Shown here: positions 31,177-40,798 of the stretch, one piece after another
Numbering within the stretch: position 1 is the stretch's first letter
How the letters are laid out: every line of letters begins with the position of its first letter
Assembly (NCBI GenBank): GCA_963798845.1
Contig: CAWCUS010000006.1
Coordinates: forward strand, 448,001 to 512,000
Length of the DNA stretch: 64,000 nt
Direction: 5' to 3'
DNA from: an uncultured Gemmatimonadales bacterium
Lineage (GTDB): Bacteria; Gemmatimonadota; Gemmatimonadetes; Longimicrobiales; RSA9
Made by a program: the position numbers and the translations under genes
Notes under the pieces: generated by a model
The model's input: only the letters and a program-made list of their open reading frames with translations
The model's database searches: none
What the model was told of the DNA's origin: nothing

Positions 31177-31442
31177 CGGCCTCCATGGCGGGCCGCCACA
31201 GTGGCGCCGCGGGGAAGAGGCTCTCCGGTCCCGCCGGCGAGCGGCACGCCGGCACGATCCCGCGCGCGCGGCGCCCGATCGTCGAGGTGAGCCGCTGCGC
31301 GTGCGCCGAGCCGCTGCGCGTGCGCCGCCCCGCGCTCGAGGGCGCGCGAAGAAGGGCAAACCGGGAGGTGCGGCTTTTGCCGCGCGCCGGCGAGGCCTAT
31401 ATTCAGGGCTGCCAATTCAACTCCCAGCGAGCAACGGGCTGC

Positions 31443-32255
31443 ATGTCACGGATCATCGCCATCGCGAACCAGAAGGGCGGTGTAGGGAAGACGACGACCG
31501 CGATCAACCTCGGTGCGTGCCTGGCCGTGGCGGAGAAGCAGACGCTGATCGTCGACATAGATCCGCAGGGGAACGCGACGAGTGGACTCGGAATCCAGCG
31601 CGGTGAGGTGGAGCGCTCCGTGTACGACGTGCTGGTGGAAGGGACGGAAATCCGGGCGGCCGCGCAGGAGGAAGTCCATTTCCCCTACCTGGACGTGGTC
31701 CCGTCGACGCGGGACCTGGTGGGTGCGGAAGTGGAGCTGGTGAACGAGCCGGACCGCGAGCTGGTTCTGCGACGGGCGCTTCAGGCGGTGCAAAAGGAGT
31801 ACGACTATATCCTGGTGGACTGTCCTCCGTCCCTTGGGCTTCTGACGCTGAACACGTTGGCGGCGGCGGACTCGGTTCTGATCCCGATCCAGTGCGAGTT
31901 TTACGCGCTGGAAGGGCTGTCGCAGCTCCTGAACACGGTCCGGCTCGTGCAGCGCAACCTCAACCCGCGCCTCGAGATAGACGGCGTGCTGCTGACGATG
32001 TTCGATCAGCGCCTGAACCTGTCGAAGCAGGTGGCGGAGGAGGCGAAGGAGTACTTCGGGGACCGGGTCTACACCACGGTGATACCGCGGAACGTGCGGC
32101 TGGCGGAGGCGCCCAGCTTCGGCAAGCCGATCGTGCTGTACGACATCCTTTCCGCCGGTGCCCAGGCGTACCTGGCGCTGGCGCGGGAGATCATGAGCCG
32201 CGACCAGCGACGCTCAGCCGCCGGGCCGACGCGGGCCGCGGCGGCGGAATCCTGA
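31443..32255 (+). CDS. parA: Chromosome partitioning ATPase ParA/Soj
   Basis: [29 protein letters not shown] and [14 protein letters not shown]. Confidence 0.97.
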   Translation: MSRIIAIANQKGGVGKTTTAINLGACLAVAEKQTLIVDIDPQGNATSGLGIQRGEVERSVYDVLVEGTEIRAAAQEEVHFPYLDVVPSTRDLVGAEVELVNEPDRELVLRRALQAVQKEYDYILVDCPPSLGLLTLNTLAAADSVLIPIQCEFYALEGLSQLLNTVRLVQRNLNPRLEIDGVLLTMFDQRLNLSKQVAEEAKEYFGDRVYTTVIPRNVRLAEAPSFGKPIVLYDILSAGAQAYLALAREIMSRDQRRSAAGPTRAAAAES

Positions 32256-32272
32256 ACACCACGGAGCGGCCG

Positions 32273-33166
32273 ATGGCCAAGAAGGACCGGTTGGGCAAGG
32301 GTCTCGGCGCCCTGCTGGGCGAGTACCTGGGCGACAGCACGGGGAGCTCCGAGGCGCGCACGGTTCCGGTGAGCGCCGTCCATCCCAACCCTTTCCAGCC
32401 TCGCCGGGAGTTCAACGAGGAGGAGCTGGCGGAGCTGGCGACGTCGATCAAGGCGAACGGGCTGCTGCAGCCGATCGTGGTGCGGCCGGCCGGGAACCGG
32501 CACGGCACCGACCGTTGGGAGCTGGTGGCGGGGGAGCGTCGCTGGCGGGCGGTCACGCGGCTGGGGTGGAAGGATGTCCCGGCGCTGGTCAGAGAAGTGG
32601 ACGACCGGACCCTGCTGGTGCTCGCGCTGGTGGAGAACCTGCAGCGCACGGGGCTGAGCGCGATGGAGGAGGCGGAAGGCTACCACCAGCTCCAGGCGGA
32701 GTTCGGGCTGACGCAGCAGGAAGTGGCAGCGGCAGTGGGCCGCGACCGCTCTACAGTCGCTAACACGTTGCGTCTCTTGCAGTTACCGGCTTCTGTCCGC
32801 AGGATGGTCGAGGGGGGAGAGCTGAGCGCGGGGCACGCCCGGGCGCTGCTGGGTGCGCCGGACGTGCGGCGGATGGCGGAGCTGGCACGGCACGCGGTGG
32901 AGCAGGGGTGGTCGGTGCGTGAGACCGAGACGCGGGTGCAGAAGGACCGGCCGCAGGGGCGCCGGCGCAAGGGGCGCGGGGAGGAGGACCCGGGGCAGCG
33001 GGAGCTGGAAGTGGCGCTGGAGCGGGCGCTGGGGACTCAGGTCCGGATCCGGCCGACCCGGGGGGGGAGCAAGGGGAGGATCGAGGTGTCGTATTACGAC
33101 GGGGAGGACTTCGAGCGGGTGTTCGAGCTGCTTGCGGGGCGGGCGGCGGTGGACGTGGTGTCCTGA
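32273..33166 (+). CDS. parB: Chromosome partitioning protein ParB/Spo0J
   Basis: LGKGLGALL, NPFQPRR, LVAGERRWRA and ENLQR. Confidence 0.97.
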   Translation: MAKKDRLGKGLGALLGEYLGDSTGSSEARTVPVSAVHPNPFQPRREFNEEELAELATSIKANGLLQPIVVRPAGNRHGTDRWELVAGERRWRAVTRLGWKDVPALVREVDDRTLLVLALVENLQRTGLSAMEEAEGYHQLQAEFGLTQQEVAAAVGRDRSTVANTLRLLQLPASVRRMVEGGELSAGHARALLGAPDVRRMAELARHAVEQGWSVRETETRVQKDRPQGRRRKGRGEEDPGQRELEVALERALGTQVRIRPTRGGSKGRIEVSYYDGEDFERVFELLAGRAAVDVVS

Positions 33167-33169
33167 CGC

Positions 33170-33943
33170 ATGGCGGACGACCGTCGCCTGTCGCTGATCG
33201 TGGTTCCGGACGGGGAGCTGGAGACCCGCACGTACGAGATCTCGTACCGGACGCTGAAGACGCTGCTCGTGGCGGGGGGTGTGCTGCTGGCGGTGTTCGT
33301 GGTCATGGTGGCCTCGTGGTGGTTCGTGGTCGCGCAGGCGGCGAGGGTGCGGGGGCTGGAGCAGCAGGTGGCCCGGCTGGAGGCGGAGCGCACGAAAGTG
33401 GCCGACCTGGCCCGGAGCCTGTCCGAGGCCGAGCAGCAGTACGAGCGGGTGCGGCAGCTTCTCGGCGTGGATGGCACGGGCGACGCGCGGGAGGTGGCCC
33501 TGCCCCCGCTGCGCGCGGACGGCCATGGGGCGGCCATGACGTCGGCCGAAGCGATGCGGCCCACCGCGTGGCCGCTGGCCGAGCCCGGCTTCATCACGCA
33601 GCGGCGACTGGACGCCGGTGATGGCCACGAGAGCCACCCCGGACTGGACATCGCCGTGCCGACGGACAGCTACATACGGGCCGCGGGCACGGGCACCGTG
33701 AAGGACGCGGGCACCGACGACGTCTACGGTCGTTATATTCTCATTGACCACGGAAACGGCCTGGAGTCCCTGTACGGCCACGCGTCCCGCGTGTTCGTCA
33801 CTGCGGGCGACACGGTGGAGAGGAGCCAGGTGATCGGCTTGAGCGGCTCGACAGGGCGCTCGACCGCGCCGCATTTCCACTTCGAGATCCGCAAGGACGG
33901 CGAACCGGTGGACCCGCTGGCGTACATCCGGCAGCCGTCCTGA
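33170..33943 (+). CDS. Membrane-anchored coiled-coil M23 peptidase
   Basis: TM helix and coiled coil; HPGLDI, YGH and TAPHFHFE. Confidence 0.92.
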   Translation: MADDRRLSLIVVPDGELETRTYEISYRTLKTLLVAGGVLLAVFVVMVASWWFVVAQAARVRGLEQQVARLEAERTKVADLARSLSEAEQQYERVRQLLGVDGTGDAREVALPPLRADGHGAAMTSAEAMRPTAWPLAEPGFITQRRLDAGDGHESHPGLDIAVPTDSYIRAAGTGTVKDAGTDDVYGRYILIDHGNGLESLYGHASRVFVTAGDTVERSQVIGLSGSTGRSTAPHFHFEIRKDGEPVDPLAYIRQPS

Positions 33944-33973
33944 CGTCTCTCAATTCAACTGGCGGTGGTGCTG

Positions 33974-34414
33974 ATGGCAAAGAACGAGATCGAAAACGCA
34001 ACGCAGCCCGGCCGGGAGGGGGTCATCTCCATCATCGGGCCCGGGATGCGCGTCGTGGGCGACTGCGACACCCAGGGCACCCTCCGGATCGAGGGCACCG
34101 TCGAGGGCAGCGTCCGCGCCGCCAAGGCCGTGGTGCTCGGCAAGGAGGGCGTCGTCGATGGGGACATCGCTACCCAGGACGCCGTCATCGGCGGACACGT
34201 GACCGGCACGATCACGGCCGAAAGCAGGCTCGAGCTCCAGGCCACCTGCGTGATCGAGGGCGAGATCCGCGCGCGCCGGATCAAGCTCGAAGAGGGCGGC
34301 AAGGTCAACGGCACCGTCCACATCGGCGAGCTGTCCGGGAGCGCTGCCGGGAACTACAGCGGTCGGTCCCGCGGAGCCTCCGAATCGGGGGAGCACGCCG
34401 TCAGCCGCGGCTGA
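33974..34414 (+). CDS. Bactofilin (polymer-forming cytoskeletal protein)
   Basis: SIIGPGMRVVGD...LRIEGTVEGSV...IEGEI...LEEGGKVNG beta-helix repeats. Confidence 0.92.
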   Translation: MAKNEIENATQPGREGVISIIGPGMRVVGDCDTQGTLRIEGTVEGSVRAAKAVVLGKEGVVDGDIATQDAVIGGHVTGTITAESRLELQATCVIEGEIRARRIKLEEGGKVNGTVHIGELSGSAAGNYSGRSRGASESGEHAVSRG

Positions 34415-34443
34415 CCTCCGGGCCCGCTCGCGGACCCCTCCTC

Positions 34444-34480
34444 GCGGCCCCGGCTCCCACGACCCGGGGCCGCACCCTTT
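34444..34480 (+). terminator. Possible intrinsic terminator after bactofilin
   Basis: Stem GCGGCCCCGG/CCGGGGCCGC with a 10-nt loop; weak T tail (ACCCTTT). Confidence 0.4.
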
Positions 34481-34508
34481 CGGGCTCGCGCGGGTGCGTT
34501 CACGGAAA

Positions 34509-34616
34509 TTGTCCACAAATTCGCGGTTTAACCTAAGCCACTGCAGTAGAACGACTTAACGCGTTTCCGCTCCGACTCAACATCGGGGTGTGGACAAAAG
34601 AGCGGAGTTATCCACA
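34509..34616. promoter_or_regulatory. Second DnaA-box cluster with an IHF-like site
   Basis: TTGTCCACA 34509-34517, TGTGGACAA 34589-34597, TTATCCACA 34608-34616; TAAG-N17-CTTA at 34534-34558. Confidence 0.7.
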
Positions 34617-34634
34617 GGGGAGGGAGGGGGCCGG

Positions 34635-35394
34635 ATGGGCGCAGCGCTCGCGGAAGTCGTTGCATATCTGGACCGGTATCTGGCGATCGCGGAGATCCCG
34701 GACCACCGGAACGCGCTGAACGGGCTGCAGGTGGAATCGGCCGGCGAGGTGACGCGGGTGGCGGGTGCGGTGGACGCGTCGTCGGCGTCGATCGCGGCGG
34801 CGTTGGAATCGGGCTGCGACCTGCTGCTGGTGCACCACGGGCTGTTCTGGGATGGGAACCTCCCGGTGACGGGGCGCCGCCACCGTCGGCTGAAGGCGGC
34901 GCTCGAGGGAGGGCTGGCGGTATACAGCGCGCACCTGCCGCTGGACCTGCATCCGGAGGTGGGGAACAACGCGCTTCTCGCGCGTGCGCTGGGGTTGAGG
35001 GTCCAGGGCCGGTTCGGCTCCTACGAGGGGATGAAGCTCGGGGTACGGGGGGAGTGGGAGGGGTCGCGGGAGTTTCTCCTGGAGACGCTGCGCGAGCTGC
35101 TGGGCGGTCCGGTACACCTGATTCCCGGTGGACCGGAGCGGATCCGCGCAGGTCGGGGTGCTGACGGGCGGCGGTGGGAGCTACGCCAGCGAGGCGTCGG
35201 AGGCGGGGCTGGATGCGCTGGTGACGGGGGAAGGCTCGCACCATACCTACTTCGATGCCTCCGAAGGAGGGCTGAACCTGTACTACGGCGGCCACTACGC
35301 CACGGAGACGTGGGGTGTGCGTGCGCTCGCCGAGCACGTGGGCAAGCGGTACGGGCTGGAGTGGGAGTTCCTGGATCAGCCCACGGGGCTGTAG
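34635..35394 (+). CDS. Nif3/YbgI-like dinuclear metal-centre protein, +1 frameshift near 35147
   Basis: NGLQVE, LLVHHGLFW and SAHLPLDLHPEVGNN in the first frame; TGEGSH and GGHYATETWGV in ORF 35128..35394. Confidence 0.9.
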
Positions 35395-35395
35395 C

Positions 35396-37027
35396 TCAAC
35401 GGGTCCGGGGCCGAGGGGCGTAGCGTGCCCCCGGGCTCCAGGCAGGGCGGCCGGGGGCCATGGCGACGTCGTAGCCGATGCCGAAGAGGAGCCGGGCCTG
35501 CTGGACGGCGCCGTCCAGGTTGAAGGCGGCGTCGTACTGGTCGGACGGCTTGTGATAGCGCCTCGCCAGGTACTCGTTCAGCGCGTTCTCGCCCCAGCCG
35601 ACGGGTCGGCCGCGGAAATGGAGCCCATGCTGTAGGAAGAGGGCCGGGATGCCCGCGCGGGCGAACGGGAACTGGTCGGAGCGGAAGAAGGCGCCGTTTT
35701 CGGGAGCGGGATCGGGGCTCACGATCATGCCGGCCTCCTGCGCGCGCCTGACCACGACCTCGCCGAGGGTGGAGCTGCCGGCGCCGAGGGCGATGACGTC
35801 GTCCGTCTCGCCCCAGATGCTGGCGCCGTCGGTGTTGATCTCGGCGACGGTGCGGGCGAGCGGCACGAGGGGGTGTCTGGTGTAGTACGTGCTCCCTAGG
35901 AGTCCCGGCTCCTCCGCTGCCGTGGCCATGAACAGGAGGCCGCGGCGGGGGTGGGGCTCGAGCCTGGAGAACGCCCTCGCCACCTCGATGAGCACGGCCA
36001 CTCCGCTCGCGTTGTCGTATGCGCCGTTGTAAATGGAGTCGCCGGTCGCGTCGGGGGCGCCCACGCCGAGGTGGTCGTAGTGTGAGGTGAGGAGAACCAC
36101 GTCGTCGCTCGGGGCATCACCGCCGCCGGGGAGGCGTCCTACCACGTTGCGGGTCTGGAGCCGTCGGGTGCGTGTCTCGAGCCGCGAGCGGACCCTGATG
36201 CCAGTGGCGAGGGGGCGGAAGTCGCGCCGGGCGGCGCGGACGTAGAGCTCGTCCAGGCTCAGGCCGCCGGCCGCGAAAACGCGTTCGGCCAGCTCGGCGG
36301 ACAGCCAACCCTGCAGGAGGACGGGCGCGCCGTTGCTTCCGTCGTCGAGGAGGAACTGCTCGCCGGTCCACGATGTCTGCACCACGTCCCAGCCGTAGCC
36401 TGCGGTTTCGGGGGCGTGGATCAGGAGGGCGCCCGCGGCCCCGTGTCGACGTGCTTCCTCCAGCTTGTACGTGTAGCGGCCGTAATAGGTAAGGGCCCGT
36501 CCATCGAAGATGTCGGGCTCTTCGGGCGGGGCGGGCGGGTCGCCGACGAGGAAGACGAGCACCTTGCCGCGCAGGTCGCGGCCCTTGAAGTCATCCCAGC
36601 GCCACTCCGGCGCCTCGATCCCGTACCCGACGAACACCAGCTCGCCGTCCACCTGTACGCTGCGGGTCGGCGCCCCGGCCCAGACCACCGCCTGCTCGGG
36701 CACCTCCGCGGCGATGCGGTTGCCATCGGCCTGGAACGCGAGCGACAGGGTGGCCGGATCGGTGGTGATGCCGACCAGCGGGACGTCCTGGAAGTAGCTG
36801 CCGTTCACCGGCTGAAGGCCCATCCCCATGAACGCGGAGGCGACGTAGTCGCCGGCCAGGCGGCCTCCACGCGTCCCGGGCGCCCGACCGCGCAGCGCGT
36901 CCAGCGAGAGGAAGTAGAGGTGCGAGCGGATGCGTTCGGCGCCGATGCCGTCGCGGGCTTCCTGGAACCCGACGCCGGCGGTCGTCGCCGCGAGGGCCAT
37001 GAGCAGAATGCGTGCGATCCGATGCAT
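35396..37027 (-). CDS. M28-family peptidase with PA domain
   Basis: Signal peptide; TSHYDHLG, NGAYDNASG, TAAEEPGLLGS, RSDQFPF and YHKPSD. Confidence 0.9.
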   Translation of the reverse strand: MHRIARILLMALAATTAGVGFQEARDGIGAERIRSHLYFLSLDALRGRAPGTRGGRLAGDYVASAFMGMGLQPVNGSYFQDVPLVGITTDPATLSLAFQADGNRIAAEVPEQAVVWAGAPTRSVQVDGELVFVGYGIEAPEWRWDDFKGRDLRGKVLVFLVGDPPAPPEEPDIFDGRALTYYGRYTYKLEEARRHGAAGALLIHAPETAGYGWDVVQTSWTGEQFLLDDGSNGAPVLLQGWLSAELAERVFAAGGLSLDELYVRAARRDFRPLATGIRVRSRLETRTRRLQTRNVVGRLPGGGDAPSDDVVLLTSHYDHLGVGAPDATGDSIYNGAYDNASGVAVLIEVARAFSRLEPHPRRGLLFMATAAEEPGLLGSTYYTRHPLVPLARTVAEINTDGASIWGETDDVIALGAGSSTLGEVVVRRAQEAGMIVSPDPAPENGAFFRSDQFPFARAGIPALFLQHGLHFRGRPVGWGENALNEYLARRYHKPSDQYDAAFNLDGAVQQARLLFGIGYDVAMAPGRPAWSPGARYAPRPRTR

Positions 37028-37211
37028 ATGCGGGCCGCGTCTCGCCGCCAGGCGGAATGCTCGGCCAGCGAGTCGTCGTAGCTCGGGTGCGCGGGGATTG
37101 ACCTCGTACGTATAGGCCGCGGGCGGAAAACCGCAAGCTCCGGCCGGGCAGGGTGGCGACGCGGTCATCGGGCCGCGTATTGTTCGCGGTCATTCCCCGT
37201 TCCATCGAGCC

Positions 37212-39872
37212 ATGCACACGACGACGATCCGCGGCCGCGCCGCCCGCCTCACGACCCTCGCGGCGCTGGCCATGGCCGCGATCACGAGCCATGCATCTGC
37301 CCAGCAGCGCACGGGGCCGGAGCCGCCACCGCTCGAGCTGCCGGCCTGGGAGACCGGGAATTCGTTCGCGGACATACCGCATCCGAAAGAAACGTTCGGC
37401 TTCGAGCCCGGCACCGACTACAAGCTCGCCACAAACGCCCAGATCGTGGAGTACTTCGAGCGGCTCGACTCGGCGAGCGACCGGGTCAGGGTGGTGGAAA
37501 TCGGGCGATCCGTGCTCGGCCGGCCCATGCTCCTGGCGTTCATCTCGAGCGCGGAGAACATCGCGCGCCTCGACGATTCCCGCGCCATAGCCGAAGCGCT
37601 GGCGCGCGGGCGGGTGGACGAAGCGGCCGCGAAGGAGATGGCGGCATCCGGGAAGGCCGTGGTCTGGATCGACGGCGGGCTGCACGCCACGGAAGTGGCC
37701 GGGGCGCAGCACACGCCGCTGCTCGCCTACCGCGTGGCCGGGGAGGAAACGGAGGAGATGCGTCGCATCCGGGACTCCGTGGTCCTGCTCCTCATGCCGG
37801 TCATGAACCCGGACGGGCTGGACATCGTGGCGGAATGGACCGCGCGCAGTCTCGGCACGCCCTGGGAGGGGAGCAGTCCCCCGGTGCTCTACCACGTTTA
37901 CGCCGGCCACGACAACAACCGCGACTGGTACATGATGACGCAGCCGGAAACGCGGGCCGTGGCCGACGTCCTGTACAACCAGTGGTACCCGCAGGTGGTC
38001 TACAACCAGCACCAGAGCGCGCCATGGCCGGCGCGGATCTTCATCCCGCCGTTCTCAGACCCCGTCAACCCGCGGATCCCTCCTCTGGTGGTGCGGGGCG
38101 TGAACCTCATGGGCACGGCCATGGGCGAGCGTTTCAGCGAGGAGGCGAAGCCGGGCGCGATCTCGCAGACGAGCTTCGACATGTGGTGGAACGGCGGCAT
38201 GCGCACCGCGCCCTATTTCCACAACATGATCGGCATCCTCACCGAGACCGCGCACGCGTCGGCCTCTCCCCGCTACACGGCGCCGGGGAGCCTGCCGGCG
38301 TACATCGGCACGATCCCGGCACGGGCCCCGAGCGTGTTCTACCCGGACCCGTGGGCGGGTGGCTGGTTCCGGCTGCGGGACGCGATGGAATACATGCTGA
38401 CGGGGGACATGGCCGTGCTGACGGCGGCCGTGCGGCGGCGCCGGGAGCTGCTGTTCGACACCTGGCGGATGGCGCGGGCATCGCTGGAAGCGGGTGCGGC
38501 CGGGGACCCGTTCGCCTACATCATCCCGCCCGATCAGCGGAACCCGCGGGAGGCGGCAGCGCTGGGCGAGCTGCTGCGGCGAGGCGGGGTGGAGGTGGAG
38601 CGAGCGGCGGGAGCGTTCCGGGCAGGCGGCGAGCGGTACCCGGCCGGGAGCCTGGTGGTGCGTGCGTCGCAGGCGTTCCGCCCGGACGTGCTGGACCTGA
38701 TGGAGAAGCAGGTCTATCCGGACCTGCGTCAGTATCCGGACGGCCCGCCCGACGTCCCGTACGACGTCTCCGGCTGGACGCTGCCGCTCCAGATGGACGT
38801 TCGGGTGGACCGGGTCGACGAGCCGTTCGAGGCGGCGGGGCTGGAGGCGGTGACCGGCGTCGAGGTGGCGGTGTGGCCGGGTCGGGTGACGGGGAAGGGT
38901 GGGTGGGGATGGGCCCTCGCCGCGCACGCCAACGCGGCCGCGATCGCAGTGAATCGGCTGCTGGGGGACGGTGCGCGCGTGGACGTGGCGCCGGCCGGCG
39001 TGCTCGCGGGCGACACGGAGATGGATCGCGGCGCGTTCGTGATCCGGGGTGCGGACGCGGTGCGGCTGCAGGGGCTGGCATCGGAGCTGGGGGTGGATTT
39101 CGTCGGCATGAGCCGGGCACCGCGTGGCGAGCTGCGGCCGCTGCACGCTCCGCGGGTGGGGATCTACAAGTCGTGGCGGGCCACGTCGGACGAGGGGTGG
39201 ACGCGCTGGGTGCTGGAACGGTACGGGTTCCAGCCGGATACGCTGCACGACGCCGACATCCGGACGGCCGACCTGTCGGGATACGACGCCATCATCCTCC
39301 CGAGCCAGCGGCCGTCGGACATCATGCACGGCAACCCGCCAGGCACGCGCCCGGCGGAGCTCACGGGGGGCATCGGGCTCGACGGCGTCGCCCGGCTCCA
39401 GGAATACGTGCGTGCGGGCGGACGGCTGATCGCGTTCGACGAGGCCGCCGAGCTCGCCATCCAGCAGTTCGGCCTGCCGCTGCGCAACACCGTGGCCGGG
39501 CTGCCCCCGGAGGAGTTCTTCGTGCCGGGCGCGCTGGTGCGGATCGAGCTGGCGGACGATCCGCTCACGTACGGCATGCCGGAAGAGGCCGCCGCGTTCT
39601 TCGACCGGGGCTCCGCCTTCGCCAGCACCCGGTCGGGCGCGGATGTCGAGATGGCGGCCACGTACGCGGAGGAGGACCTGCTGGCGAGCGGATGGGCGCT
39701 GGGCGGCGATCGCCATCTCGGGGGTGGCGGGGCGCTGGCCCGGGTTCCGCTGGGGAGCGGCGACGTGGTGGTCTTCGGGTTCCGTCCCCAGTTCCGGGGA
39801 CAGCCGCGCGGCACGTTCAAGCTGATCTTCAACGCGCTGTTCGACGCGGCGTCGAGCGCCCCGGCGGAATGA
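37212..39872 (+). CDS. M14-family zinc carboxypeptidase-like exported protein
   Basis: DGGLHATE, MNPDG, GHDNNRDW and YNQHQ; C-terminal GATase-like region. Confidence 0.88.
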   Translation: MHTTTIRGRAARLTTLAALAMAAITSHASAQQRTGPEPPPLELPAWETGNSFADIPHPKETFGFEPGTDYKLATNAQIVEYFERLDSASDRVRVVEIGRSVLGRPMLLAFISSAENIARLDDSRAIAEALARGRVDEAAAKEMAASGKAVVWIDGGLHATEVAGAQHTPLLAYRVAGEETEEMRRIRDSVVLLLMPVMNPDGLDIVAEWTARSLGTPWEGSSPPVLYHVYAGHDNNRDWYMMTQPETRAVADVLYNQWYPQVVYNQHQSAPWPARIFIPPFSDPVNPRIPPLVVRGVNLMGTAMGERFSEEAKPGAISQTSFDMWWNGGMRTAPYFHNMIGILTETAHASASPRYTAPGSLPAYIGTIPARAPSVFYPDPWAGGWFRLRDAMEYMLTGDMAVLTAAVRRRRELLFDTWRMARASLEAGAAGDPFAYIIPPDQRNPREAAALGELLRRGGVEVERAAGAFRAGGERYPAGSLVVRASQAFRPDVLDLMEKQVYPDLRQYPDGPPDVPYDVSGWTLPLQMDVRVDRVDEPFEAAGLEAVTGVEVAVWPGRVTGKGGWGWALAAHANAAAIAVNRLLGDGARVDVAPAGVLAGDTEMDRGAFVIRGADAVRLQGLASELGVDFVGMSRAPRGELRPLHAPRVGIYKSWRATSDEGWTRWVLERYGFQPDTLHDADIRTADLSGYDAIILPSQRPSDIMHGNPPGTRPAELTGGIGLDGVARLQEYVRAGGRLIAFDEAAELAIQQFGLPLRNTVAGLPPEEFFVPGALVRIELADDPLTYGMPEEAAAFFDRGSAFASTRSGADVEMAATYAEEDLLASGWALGGDRHLGGGGALARVPLGSGDVVVFGFRPQFRGQPRGTFKLIFNALFDAASSAPAE

Positions 39873-39900
39873 CCGGCCGGGCCCCGGGCTGGACCCGGGC

Positions 39901-40674
39901 TCAGCTTTCGCCGAGGAAGGCGAGGGCGTCCTTGCGGTAGAGCTCGAGCATGGCCTGGTGCTCGACGTACTCGGGGCGCGGCTTGGCCGACTCCCGGGGG
40001 TAGGCGTCGACGATGCGGCGGTAGTACGTGCGGGCGTCGGTGGAGTCTCCCCGGGCGGCGGCGGCCTCGGCCTTCACCCCGAGGCCGAGGATGTGGTCGG
40101 GGTCCTGCTGCAGCAGGCGATCGGCCGTAGCCGTCGCCTGGGCGAAGTCACCCGCGGTGAGATGCAGGATCGCGAGGTGGTAGACGCCGTCGGGGTCCAG
40201 GTCGTCCACCATGCCGTACGCCTGGATGGCCATGGGCATGAACTGCTGCACCTCCGCCTCGTTCCCCGTCTCCGCTGCCGTCATGATCCGGTTGAACAGC
40301 CGGTCCGCGTTCACCCGCATGTCGCCGCTCAACACCCCCATCCCGGGCGCTCCCGCCCCACCCGCGCTCGCTTCCCCCTCACCGGCGGCCGCGAACGGCG
40401 CCGCGGCCGCGCCCGGCTGCGTCGGCCCGGCCCGCTGCGTCTGCCTGGGGACGAGGAACACCAGCGCGACGACGAAGACCGCCGCGGCCGCGATGACCCA
40501 TCCCGCCCGGGACCGGCCGCCGCCCCTTCGGAGGCGAGTGCCGCACTGGGTGCAGAATTCCGCGCCGCCCGGCACCGCGGCCTTGCACGACGGGCACGTG
40601 ATGTCGAGCGGGGCGCCACATTCGGCGCAGAAGTTCCCACTCTGGTCCGGAGCGTTGCAGTTCGGGCAGGTCAT
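39901..40674 (-). CDS. Double zinc-ribbon, single-TM, TPR-like protein
   Basis: CPNC/CAEC/CPSC/CTQC, a TM helix and a helical C-terminus. Confidence 0.82.
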   Translation of the reverse strand: MTCPNCNAPDQSGNFCAECGAPLDITCPSCKAAVPGGAEFCTQCGTRLRRGGGRSRAGWVIAAAAVFVVALVFLVPRQTQRAGPTQPGAAAAPFAAAGEGEASAGGAGAPGMGVLSGDMRVNADRLFNRIMTAAETGNEAEVQQFMPMAIQAYGMVDDLDPDGVYHLAILHLTAGDFAQATATADRLLQQDPDHILGLGVKAEAAAARGDSTDARTYYRRIVDAYPRESAKPRPEYVEHQAMLELYRKDALAFLGES

Positions 40675-40798
40675 GGGAGGCAAGATAACAGCGCCGGTGG
40701 AGGGTGTGGAGAGGGGAAGCGGGTGGCGGCCGACAGTCCACCGCCGGTAGGTTCCCGGCCGGGGTACCGGCGGAGGCTGGTGGAAGGAGCGCAGGGGT

